Shown here: piece by piece, positions 31,962 through 59,041 of the stretch
How the letters are laid out: the number at the start of each line of letters is the position of its first letter
Numbering within the stretch: the stretch's first letter is position 1
Source: the human T2T-CHM13v2.0 reference genome, Homo sapiens
Strand: one strand, 5' to 3'
NCBI RefSeq assembly: GCF_009914755.1
Contig: NC_060940.1
DNA: 64,000 nt
The notes under the pieces: generated by a model
Database searches by the model: none
The model's input: only the letters and a program-made list of their open reading frames with translations
What the model was told of the DNA's origin: nothing
Made by a program: the position numbers and the translations under genes

Positions 31962-32342
31962 TAAATTTCTTCCTCTCCGCTATAGGTGTCTGAGATGGGA
32001 CAGACACTTATGAGATGAGAGTCCTGGAATTTTCCAAATTTTACATTCATCTTGTGGCATTCTTTATAGATAACATTTATTCATTGGAGCCTGGTGTGGT
32101 CTTTGGGCAAAACACCTAACTGTAAAGAAAACTCCAGTTGAAATTTTGCAACCATTATGGCTTTTTTGAAAGTTAGAACTATTCATATACATATTTCCAA
32201 CTTCCTCTCAAAAATGGCAGATGAGTCAAGAATGTAAGTCAACAGAACGGGTAAATTGGGAAAGGCTAGAATTTTGAAATCACAGATACCTGCTTCCAAA
32301 ACAGTCCCCGCGAGGGCAGTAATAATGGAGTAGGGCTGCATG

Positions 32343-32361
32343 CTGCCACCAGAGGGCAGCA
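32343..32361 (+). promoter_or_regulatory. Candidate CTCF site between MLKL and FA2H
   Basis: TGCCACCAGAGGGCAGCA closely matches the CTCF core CCASYAGRKGGCRS. Confidence 0.65.
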
Positions 32362-32776
32362 GAGGCCGGGAACAGGTGGAGAGGCAAGGCCCAGTTATTC
32401 TTACCGTCTGAGATCTGATGCAGACAAGACAAGCATTTATTGGGCTCTGTTACAAGTTGGTCATTGTGCTGGGCACAATAAAAAATCACACAAAGTTCAA
32501 AGGCAGAGATCAGAGGTCAGAGCCAACGGGGGAGTGGAACAGAGCAGAATTAAGAGGGCTGTTCTTCAGATCAACTAAGGAACTCTCAAAGACAGCATGT
32601 CTGGAAATACAAACACAATACCAGAAATAAATATGATGGCTATTTTTTGGTCTGTTCTTGACCATGGAAGCTGGGTCATCCCTGGAGAATCAGGTGAGGC
32701 AAATTTGTAGGGCCACTGAGGGTCAGTCAATCTGCAGATTTACTTTATGCTGATCAGAATTTAAATGGCCCTCTTG

Positions 32777-35535
<2,759 letters not shown>

Positions 35536-35694
35536 TGAGAGTTGGTCAGCTTTTAATCATCACCATGCCCCAGCAATTCTACCCACCCTGGTCAGGGCTA
35601 GAATCTCCCTCCCTGGGGACCAATCCTCTGCCCCTCTACCCCTCCCCACACCACTGCCCCTTCCCAACCACGAGGGAGTCTGATGAACAACTCA

Positions 35695-36929
35695 TTTTTG
35701 TTGGTTTCTTTTCAGTGTTTTATTTTTCAAAATATACAATTTAAGTTTTTATTTCACAACCGTAGTTTTGTATATTTATTCCAAAATCTTTAAATAGCTC
35801 CGCAGCAAACAGTACAAATCACAAGGTCCGTCAAACTGCTTCTCTTTAGCCTTTACACTTGGCGAGTTTTTTAAGTTTCAAGTAGTAATGGTTTGTGGGT
35901 AAGAAAGGAACCAAAAACAGGAGGAAACAACATTTTTTACATAAGCTCAACATGTAGGATTAGAAAGGGCCGTCTGACCAGCTCCTTGGTCTGGGACCAG
36001 ACTAAGAACATGTATCTGGTTTATAAATAAGACCGTCCTGGGAGCAGTGAGGGTTTTGGTTACGAGGAGGAAGGGGCAGGAACCTCATCTGCGGAGGCTG
36101 GGAGGCAGGGGGAGGTGAGGCACTGAGAGGTGGCTCCTTCTGGGAGCGCCCGAGTAGGGGCCTGAGCGGGGTGGAGGCCAAGAATGGCCAGGGACGGGGT
36201 GGGGCTGCCACTGGTGGAGAAGCCTCCTCAGCCTCCCTTGGGGAGAAGGGCTGTGATTCTGGAGGCAGGGGAGGGACGGCAAGAAAAGCTGCCAGGTCCT
36301 AAAGCAAGCAGCTGGGACTCCTGCCAGCCACCCTGGGCCCAACGACGCAGGCAGCTGGCAGGGCCAGAGGGGCTGCCCCAGGGTCTGGGGTGGACTGTGG
36401 GAGGCATCACGCTGTCTCTTCTTGCGAGAGCTCTTTGTCCACCTCAGAGCCACCAAAGCCTCCCCAGAAGGGACAGCAGGGAGGACAGGGACCACAGATC
36501 CCACAGACCCACTTCTGACTGTGAAAGCGAGCTGTGCCGTGCAGGCAGCTCCTAGGCAGCCCATGAGGCTAAGGCACAAGGGTGACACAGGTGGCCACGA
36601 GGGCTCAGTTTTCTTCATTTCCCCTTGCGGCTGCTACCTGTGGCCACGGCCTGAAGCAGTCCTGTGGGCTGAGCTCTAGGCAGGGACGCTCCAGGAAGAA
36701 GTGGGTCACCAAGGGCCACCTGGCCACCAAGTGGATGTGACCCTCCTACCAGGGGTCAGGAGGGCGGTCCTGCCTCAGGGCCCCCTCAGCACCTTCCACT
36801 AGGCTGCAGGGCCGGACACAGCCCATCCTGCCTGGCCAAGCCAACCTTCTTAATGGGGTCTGAATGGCGGGTGGGGGTCGGGAAGGGGCCAGGGCCGGGC
36901 TGAGGGCAGGACGGAGGGGGTGGGAGTTG
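35695..36929 (-). other. FA2H: FA2H 3'UTR (~1.2 kb)
   Basis: Repeat-free sequence from the stop codon to the AATAAA cluster. Confidence 0.8.
35719..35780 (-). terminator. FA2H: FA2H polyadenylation signals (three AATAAA)
   Basis: Plus-strand TTTATT at 35719-35724, 35748-35753 and 35775-35780. Confidence 0.8.
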
Positions 36930-37226
<297 letters not shown>

Positions 37227-37427
37227 TTATCTGGCCTTCGTTTCTAGGCTACGTGGCCCCCTCCCACCCCCCACCTCCATCTCCTTCCCCTTCCTTGGGG
37301 CCCAAGTTCATTCCTGCCTCAGGGCTTTGCACCAGTCGCTCTTGGGACGCCAGATGCTGATTTCTCTTCATTAGGGTCTTAGCTCTAATGGCACCTCTGC
37401 AATGACACCTGGACCATTTAATCTCTT

Positions 37428-38860
<1,433 letters not shown>

Positions 38861-38886
38861 CTTTATTTTCTTTATGGCATTTATCA

Positions 38887-39522
<636 letters not shown>

Positions 39523-41727
39523 TTACTTCCCATTTGTGAGCCAGGAAGGGACCTGGCAGATTGCAAAGGAACATGGGATGGGCGGGATGGGCAGGATGGG
39601 CAGGATGGGTGGGGTGTGCTGGCGGCTCAGAGCCCATCTTATAGAGGCCACTGTGACTCTGGAATTTGTCAGGTGCTAGACAGGTATCCCATCCCTAAAT
39701 GCCGTGCCCCTGGCTAGAGGGGCATTCTGGAGACAGGGCACCTAGACTGAGGCCTGATGTTGTCTGGGAGAGCAAGGCACTGAGGGCAACTGAGGTTAAT
39801 GCAGCCTCTGTGGCGGGATGACCCGGAAGTGTCACTAGAGGTGTCCTCCCCACCCCCATGTCCAAACAGGAGGCCTTTTTTGTTCCAAGGGGGTGTCGCC
39901 ACAGTGAACCAGAGAACACCGCTTCACCGTGGCCCTCGAGCTTCAGAAGCCAAGGGCCTGGCATAGAGGTGAGATCTTAGCTATGGCTTGGTGAGGAGTC
40001 TGAGAAGAGAATCCTGCAGCCTCTCTGGGCTGGAGGAGAGAGAGAGAAAGCAGGTGACAGTGACACAATGAGATGCTGGCGTGGGCCTCCCTCCCTTCAG
40101 ACCAGGAACAACAGGACCAGTGATGTGCTGGAAAACCAGCTCTCAGGAAAAGGAGGAAGGGAGAGAGCTGGGGAATGAGGGAGGGGGAAATAAAGGGAGG
40201 GAGGGAGAGCCCTGATTGGTAGTGTTTGCCAATTCCTGCAGTGTGAAAACTGCCCTGGCGCTTTCAAGCGCTGAGGTGGCGTCACTGGAACAGAAACAGG
40301 AAAGGATGTGCATGGGTGCTCTTGTGAGCTGGTATGGGCCAGATCCGGGTCACAGCTGGATCAGGATCCTTAGATGGATAGGTCTGGGGATCTGAGAACA
40401 CGTTCCTGATTGGAGCCCACGTGGCTACAGGCCATACAGTCTCCTCGGGTCCTCATGGTGTGGCAGCAGGGGACTGGACAGACTGGGGTGGAAGTGTCTC
40501 AAAAGAGGGAGCCTGAGACAGCCCCTGGGGCCCCAGAATGGCCTGAGCAGGTTCCCAGAAGGTTCTGGTGTCCCCTGTGGATGGGAAAGATAGCGGACAG
40601 GGCAGTGGATCTGAAAAGGCTTCACAAACAGGGCAAGGGACACAGAAGCAGATGCAGTGAGCTCTGCAGAGCAGAGGCCAGGTGAGGCTGGAGGACACAG
40701 GCCAGGCCTGGGCTGCGCTACCTCTGAGAGCATACCTGAGAGACAGGTTGGCCCAGGACTGGGCACCCACCCTGATACTGGCCCCTAGGAAAGCCCCCTA
40801 GGATGCAGATCAACTCTGGGGAGAGCCGGGAGGACCACAGCCAACCAACCTGAGAACTGTCCCAGGCGGCCGATCAAACCCCGAATCGGCTCATCGAGAT
40901 GAACCGGATTAAGTTGCTGCTGGGAAACCAAGGTGAAACCCACGTTCAGTATCAGCGACATCAGGGTCTAAACTGGTGTCCCGAAAGTATCATATCTGCC
41001 ATATTTTCTCTGATTTATGCCCAGCAGAGAACAGAGTGTGGAGACGGGCTGGGGAACAGCCTGGGACGGGCCAAGGACAGCACAATGCAGGGACAGAGAA
41101 GCAGCGGGGGGTACAGGGGAGGTAGCTTCCTTTGGGCAGACCTATCTTCTCGGGCCAGCTTCTGGGACTGTCGTGGAGTCCTTGAAGGGCCTCAGGGGAA
41201 GGGTGATTGAGAGCGCAGACTCTGGAATCCCCAGAATGGGGTACGACATCCTGGCTGTGCCAAGTGTGACCTGGGGCAAGTTCCTTAGTCCTCCTAGGCC
41301 TCAGTCTCCTGCTCTGTGGAACGGGGAGAACCATGGGGCTGTTTTCAGCACAAGCTCCAGGAGCGCAAGGCTTTTTGTTGTTTTGTTCAATGATGTCTAG
41401 AACAGTGTCTCGCACACAGGAGGCACTCACTGGGCATTTGCTGAATGAATGAACGAATGAATGAGTTGTTTTGAGGATTAAAGGTGATGCGTAAACAAGG
41501 GTGCAGAGGGCCTGGGGTCAGCTTGATGCTGCACACCCACGCTGTCCCCGCCTGGCTTAGGTTCGGATGCCCAACCCAGTTGCCCCGTGAGTCACATCAA
41601 ACGTCCCGTCCCTCCCAACCCACAGCCAGACTCCCAGGAGGCTCCGCAGCACCTGAAGCTGCGGCTGGCTGCCGGGCCCTCTCGGGCTGCACATGCTAGG
41701 TCCGGGCTGGGACCCCGCCCCGCTCAC

Positions 41728-41900
41728 CTTGTGGTGCTGGCCGTGCATGACGAAGTGCAGCATGATGAGGTAATAGCTGTCGCTGGGGGGCTTCATGTGG
41801 AACAGGAAGCGGTGGATGAGGTACTCGATGAGGCTCCAGAGGAATGTCCCCAGCATGAAGAGCCCGGGGAACATGGACTTGGGCACTGCCACCGTGTACT
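41728..41900 (-). CDS. FA2H: FA2H exon 5 (His boxes HRFLFH, HGQHH)
   Basis: [18 protein letters not shown]...[30 protein letters not shown]; 173 nt. Confidence 0.97.
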
Positions 41901-42112
41901 CTGCAGGGTGGCAGGGAGAGCGAGGTGAGGACCGGTGCATAGCAGCCTGGTAGCTCCAGGTGTCCCTGCCTCACCATCCCCATCAGCTCGGGAGCTGCTG
42001 CCCTCTGTTGGACAGCTACAGGGCCAGGCCATACTGCTGGGGTCCTTGAGTCAAAATGGGAAGGAGGCTGTAGGACTCTGGTCTGGGTCTGGGAAGTCCT
42101 TTACAGGAGTGA

Positions 42113-46935
<4,823 letters not shown>

Positions 46936-48957
46936 TAGCTCTCTTGTTGGTAAGGAAAGGACTGGACGTACGGGAGCACTCTCCGGCGCAGACTAAGGTC
47001 CTGGCCTCTGCCGGGCCCCGCACACCACCCCACTGGAAGCCTGCCTCCCCTCCTCTCAGGGATGCCACTCGCTCTAACGTGCTCTCAGAAGCTGCTCTGG
47101 AGCCATCCTGAGTATGCAGCGCCGCCCCCTTTCCCCCGTCTCCTCAGCTTTTGAAAGCATTTTCATGTGCGCATCTAGGAATGTCAGCCTTGAACTGGTG
47201 TCTGCGTTCAGCTTCCACTGCTTCTTGGCACCCTGACTCTTCTGTATTGATTCCAGTGCGTCCTTTGTCCAGCAGCTGCACTAGGATCCCGCCGAGTCTC
47301 CCCTTGCCTTGCTTTGTGGGCTCTTATTTTCTCTGCCTGTGGCTTGTGCCTTGCATGACAAGCTGGGGGCTGAGGGAGGCACGTGGAGACGTTATCTCTC
47401 ATGCCCCCATCACTGGCATCATGGTCACAGGCTTACTAACCCTCTACACTGGACCTTTATAAGACAGGCACATTTTAGCTCTCTGCCGAGGCCGTGTGGC
47501 TGATAGAGCCCTCAAATCATCCTCCCTGCCATGCAGGAAAGTCCTCTCCTATAGGTCAAGCCTCTGCCCGCCCCCTCACCCCAGCATCACCCCTGTCTGC
47601 CCATCCGGCCGGAGCTGGTACTGAGTGGCATCTCTGGAGGAATCCGGCGGAGGGACCTGGGCCAAAGCTTCAGCATCCCCTTCCCCCTCCGGCTGCCAGC
47701 CCTGGCGGCCCTGCCACTGTTTGTGATTGTTAGGGGAGTGCCGGGCGGACAGTGGGTGATTCAGCGAGCAGGCCTTCTGAGCAACAAGCTCCGTGCTGTG
47801 CCTGAGCTATTCAGCGTGGGCAGAACAGGGCAACCATGGCTCGAGGGATGCCTGCAGTAACCCTCGGTGACCGGGAGGAGCTCTGGGCTGGATTTGGGGG
47901 AACTTCCTGCAGCTCGCTCACCAGACTCATCCTGGGTCAGGTGGATAAATGAAGTTCCTGATGCCGTGACCATGGCCCCTCTCATGTCAACCATTCAGGC
48001 ACTTGACTTGCAGAGTGCAGGGAAAAGAGCTTCCCCTGGCAGAGTGAGGGCAGCTCAGGAAGCTCAGAGCCAGGACAGACAGACCACAGGGCAGGTGGCA
48101 TGTACCTGGAGGCCCAAGGTAGGCAAGATGCTTGTGGGGCTGGCTGTCCCAGCGGCTATACTTAAACCCACAGTCATCCTAAACCCCAGTCTCATAGGCT
48201 CTTTAGACACTGCCCCATATCAGCCTGTCTTTTCATCCTCTGCCCCCCAGCTAGAAGCTGGGGCGCACCTGGTATCCACATCCTAGCCACACGCCTTTCA
48301 GCTACTCCCTTGATATCTCTGAGGCTCCATTTCCTCAGCTCTAAAAGGGGATAATGACAGGACCCTTCTTATGGGGCTGCTGGGAGGGGTAAATGAGGCG
48401 GTCCTGGGAGAACACGTGGCCCCGCACATGGCAAGTGTCCCATAGAGGTTAGTGGGCCATTACTCCCAGTCTGGGGGTCTGCTGCCTGAGCCTTTGCCTT
48501 GGACACACTCTAGGACACTCCCAGATCTTTCTCTCCCAAGTTCTCTGCTAATCTGTGCTGGGTTCATAGGCCAGTCCGAGTCTAGCTCTCAGCTGTGTCA
48601 CCCGATGAAGTGATTTCATTTAGTTTCTTAGCAAAGAATCCCACATCATGTGTCTTTTGGTGTGACACTCAATGAGAGGCACTCAATCTCTCTCTCTCTC
48701 TTTTTTTATTGCTATGCCACCCGATGATTCCATTTAGTTTCTGCTGATGTGTTGTTGGGTTTTGTATCCATTTGGGGGGTAGATGGGAGTCAGACAAAAT
48801 TCTTCTTTGGAAGACTATTTCTACAGAGAGGCTTCACCAAAAATGTCTGTGATGTAGTTTGGGGTTCTGTGCTCTCAGAAACTCTGGGCCAGGGAAAGCA
48901 CTGAGGTCTCCTCCCTCTAGGATCCTCAGGGCAAGTCAGGAAAGAAACTGGCATTAC

Positions 48958-49064
48958 CTGTTGTAAATGACGTGAAGAGTCGGACGTTGCCCTGGGCAAA
49001 GGTTCGGTAGTAGGACCAGCTGAGATACAGCACCAGGGGCACCCAGATGATGGGGACACTGTAC
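48958..49064 (-). CDS. FA2H: FA2H exon 4 (transmembrane segment)
   Basis: [35 protein letters not shown]; ctgcag| and |gtaatg; 107 nt. Confidence 0.95.
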
Positions 49065-49123
49065 CTGCAGGAAGGCCATCAGGGTGAGAGAGATACATGC
49101 ACAGGAGCTTGACAGAGTACAGC

Positions 49124-49467
<344 letters not shown>

Positions 49468-49974
49468 TGACACCAAAGCATATGCAGAATGCCTATGGAG
49501 ACCTGGGGTCAAAGGGACACTGGTACAGGGAGTGGGGAAGAGAAAAGAGGAGAGAGGCTGTGAGTCCATCTGCCTCCTGTCTCTGAGATGAGTTACTGGC
49601 AGAAAAGAACTGTGTCCCCAGGGCTACTGACTCTATGCAACTGGTCAGATGCTGACCTCTTGTGGCAGAGGAGCTAATTGCAGGCAAAATTGTTCCCATG
49701 CGCATCGTGGGCAAGAAACTCCTCATAAGAGTCTGGAATAGACCAGAGGTGGCATTCAATGTAGTTTCTGGCTACATGCTGGGTTGTGACCCACCCAGTG
49801 GACAAAACCATGCATAGGGATGAATTATTCCCATGGCATGTTCCTCCCTCCCTGACAGCTTTACAGCATAGACCTGGGCTCTGGGGAGGGACTCAATTGC
49901 CCCCTCCCTTTCCATATCTGATTGGCACCGTCAGAAGAGAGGGACAGCCTGCCACAGGCTCAGGGAAGAGCTCA

Positions 49975-50187
<213 letters not shown>

Positions 50188-50877
50188 TTACAGCATCCCA
50201 ATCCCCTGCTCCTACCTCAGCTCCTGTGATCTGTGTGGGGCCACCCACCCTCCTGCTTCAGTGATCAAGAACTGACCAAGCTGCTCATCCCAGCCCCCAG
50301 CCACAGCAATAGGATCCGGTAAAGGTTTGCGACCTAAGCTGGTGTGATGAGCCATCAGATGATCCCTCTTTCTGTTGGAGGTGCTAAATCGGCAGGGCAT
50401 GAGCCTGGATTTACTAGCAGAGCCTGCCTGAAGATGCCACCAGCACAGAAGATGGCCAAACCAAGAGCTAGAGAGACAGAATCTCAGTGATGATATCTGA
50501 GCATCCAGATTCAGCCACATCTGAAGTTTAAAGTCTTGCTCAGGACTCTTGAGGTACAGGAGGTAATACATTTTGTATCAGGAATGAAGTGGGCTCTTTT
50601 CCCCAGGCTTCTTGGTGTTGGCCTGGGTAATTAATTCATTCAATCATTTATTCAGCAATTTATTTTTTATATATATATTTATTTCTATGCTAGGTGCTGG
50701 GAAGAATCAACAGGAATGAAAGAGGCCAACCTTGTTTCATGTAGCTTAGTGCTTACAGTTAGACTCGGAAGTCAGGCCTGGGTACAAATCCATTTGCCAT
50801 TTACTGTGTGATTTCTGGAAAATTACTTAACCTCTCTGAGCCTCAGTTTCCCCAGCTATAAAATGGAAGTAATTGTT

Positions 50878-55467
<4,590 letters not shown>

Positions 55468-56492
55468 GAAAATGGCATAGGATTCATACGTTGAATTCAG
55501 TTGAACCACAAGAAGAAATGTCTAGGTAAGCTATAAGCAGGGACTTCAGCCTAGATCTCACACCTGGATGTACAGGAAACAGAACAAAAGCACAGAACTG
55601 TCGTGGAAACCGGAGCTAGACCGTGGAAGATGTGTTTACAGGTGTGGTGGGAACAGAGCCCCAGCACAGGGGTCTGTCATTTGATGTCATTGGATTGACC
55701 TGATTTCAGTTACTCCCTGGGTAGACCCGCAAGCACTGCCACCTGTACACATGGTGGACTTGTGCTTGAGAGTCAGTCCCAAGCTGCCTCTTGCCTGTCT
55801 GGGGCCGTGGAGGGCCTCACACCCGAGCTCTGTATCTAGCCTACGCTGTGTCTCCACGAGGAAGCCCACCTGGGTGCCCAGGGAAGGTGCCCACTTCACT
55901 CTGGGGCTGAAGGACCACCCTGGAGGAATCCCAGGGAGGCCTCGCTCTCCCTTCTGTGAACACCCGCCTCAGTCATCAAAGGCCAACACCTATAGTTCTA
56001 TGACTGGGGCCTCAGTCTCGCTATTCCAGGGGAAGCCCCGTGAGCCTTCCAGATAAGCACAGAAATTCAGGCCCGCCGACCCCCGACCCAATTTATAGAT
56101 GAGGATATTGAGGCCTGAGAGGTCAAGCGGCTCTTGAGATAGGATTGGTTGGGCCTGAAGTGGAAGCCTCCCTCCCCCTTCCCCCAGCTTGTAGCAGCCT
56201 CCACACAGTTTCCCAAGAGCTGGGACTGGCACCCTGTGCACTTGACCTTGATTTAGGTGGTACATGCACTGATAGGGTGTCCTTTCTTAATCATCTTCCA
56301 GTCGTGAGCACTGAAGGAGAAAGGCTCAGCTGGGTGCTGAGAGGTTCCAGGCCTCTCACTTGCTGGTCGTTTCCAACATGGCAGTTGGCGGGACCGGGTT
56401 TTGAGATGGGAGGACAGCAGACGATGACGGCTTGGGATCCAATGAGATGGGAAGCGATGCAAGACACATTTCGCTTCCTGCTCTACCTGACC

Positions 56493-57614
56493 AAACAATT
56501 GCCTTAGCTCATTGCCATGGGGGTGGGCAGCGCTGCTGACACTGAGCAGCTGCCCCGTCCCCCGCCAGCCCCCGCTCACCACATTTGCCACCTTGGGGAG
56601 CAGATTCTGGACACACCCTTCCCCAGGAAAGCGTCCTATGCCACCTGGCCCTGTATTGCCTGGGAGGAGGGGTCCTGGGGAGGCAGAGGAGGAAAGCAGG
56701 GAAGGCCCCCTTCTACCTGGGCACCACGCCCTTCCACCCACCCTCTTCTACCTGACCGAAGACCCCTCTCCTACTCCCACCACATTAGTGGGTCTCTTCC
56801 TTCCAGCTCGTTCCTGGTCCGGGCCCCATTTACTTCTTATGTCCCAAGGCTCGGGGGACAGAGGGAAGGCATGGGTCTGTGGGCTATGTACGTGGCTCGG
56901 GTGGGGGAGAAGGGGAGATCAGGCCACACTGATGATGCCTCCACTTCCCAGGCATCTGGGGGCTCCCACGGCTCCCCCTACAGTAACAAGTCCCCTTTTA
57001 CAGCAGTGGAACCCGACGCTAGAGAGGCATGTCCAGCACTCAGGGCCGTCCAGAGGAAGCTGGCCTGCATGGGCGACAGCACGGTTATGCCCGAAACTGC
57101 TCTGGAATGAGCAGCTCATTGGGGTGGAGGGATTTTTTGGTGATTCAAAGACCCGACCAACGGGCCGGGGCCCAGGAAGCAGATGCAAGGGGGAGTGGAT
57201 TCGGCCAAAGCACCTTGTGCCGACTGTGTGGGGTCCATGCCCCTCCCCCAGCCTGCTCGGTCCCTGCCTTAGAGAGAAGGGGAGGGCTTCTCCCAGGCTA
57301 TGCCAGGAATGTGGCCCACAGCAGCACGGCAGGGGGAAAGGGCAGCCTGCTGCCCAGAGGGTGGGCGGAAGGGCATGGTGCCCCGGTAGAAGGGGGCCTT
57401 CCCTGTTTTCCTCCTCCCCCTCCCCAGGACCCCTCCTCCTGGGCAGCACAGGGCCAGGTGGCATAGGACGCTTTCCTGGGGAAGGGTGTGCCCAGAATCT
57501 GCTTCTCCCTAAGGTGGCAAATGTGGTGAGCGGGGGCAGGCGGCGGGGGCAGGGTAGCTGCTCAGTGTCAGCAGCACTGCTCACCCCCACAGCGATGAGC
57601 TAAGGCAATTGTTT
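56493..57614. repeat. Non-Alu inverted repeat: arms 56493-56746 and 57356-57614, ~609-bp spacer
   Basis: Manual alignment of left arm to reverse complement of right arm, ~90% identity. Confidence 0.95.
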
Positions 57615-58432
57615 AAAGAAATGTCCACCCAAACTCAGGCATATTTCCCCAGGGCAGCTTTCTGAGCAGAGGTGGAGACAGGCTTCCAGGCAGCCGGGGC
57701 TGCGGGAGAGGAGTGGGGGCCGGTTGTCTGCAACCTGGTCGCTGGTCAGCTGGGGCTCAGGCCTCACATCCCCTATCCTTCATGAGCCTTAATTCTGGGA
57801 GTTGGGGCCGATGATGACCTCTTTTGACAGATGAGAAGACAGGGTCAGATGTTCGGCTGCATATGCTGTGGCAGGGCCTGGACTCGAGTGCCCCACTCAC
57901 AGCCCAGGCTCGGCCAGGAGGCCTCCTGTCAGCCAGATTGGGATCCCATGGCTGTGACTTCCTCAGCACAACGGCTGTGATTCCTCACAGCCAGCAGCGG
58001 TCAGTGGGGGCAGTGAGGTGGGGCTCTTGGTGGCGTTGCCGGAGTGGCTGCAGGCCCGTCCTGCGCGGTCTAACTGGGACAAGCTGAAGTCCACAGAGGT
58101 GGTTCCGGATCACCTGCCTCCTCCCCCTGAGCCCTATGACCCTCCCGTCACCCAGGGGATGTGAGGACAGGGAGGTGGCCTCAGGCTCACCCCACGAGGA
58201 TTCAGGCAGCGGAGAGTGGATAGGGAGCAAAAATGCCAGAGACACAGGGAGAGATGAAAGACAGCTTGAGCGCTGGCAGAAAGCAGGCATGACCTCTGCC
58301 CTTAGGGCTGAAGACGAGCGAAGGGAGCCTGCCCAGGGGCCCCACCCCAAAACCAGGTAGGGTGGTCTTTCCCTTGCAGCACACTTTCTGATATCCTTTA
58401 GTACATTCCACTAGATCCTCCAGATAATCCTA

Positions 58433-59041
<609 letters not shown>

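Noticed and set aside
56512-57603. Longest ORF (363 aa, +) and overlapping ORFs across the inverted repeat, including a GCCATGG start at 56517
   Set aside because: Pro/Gly-rich, no recognisable domain, TTG start; the GC-rich inverted repeat gives long ORFs on both strands, and the ATG looks like a CpG-decay product (CTGTG in the other arm)
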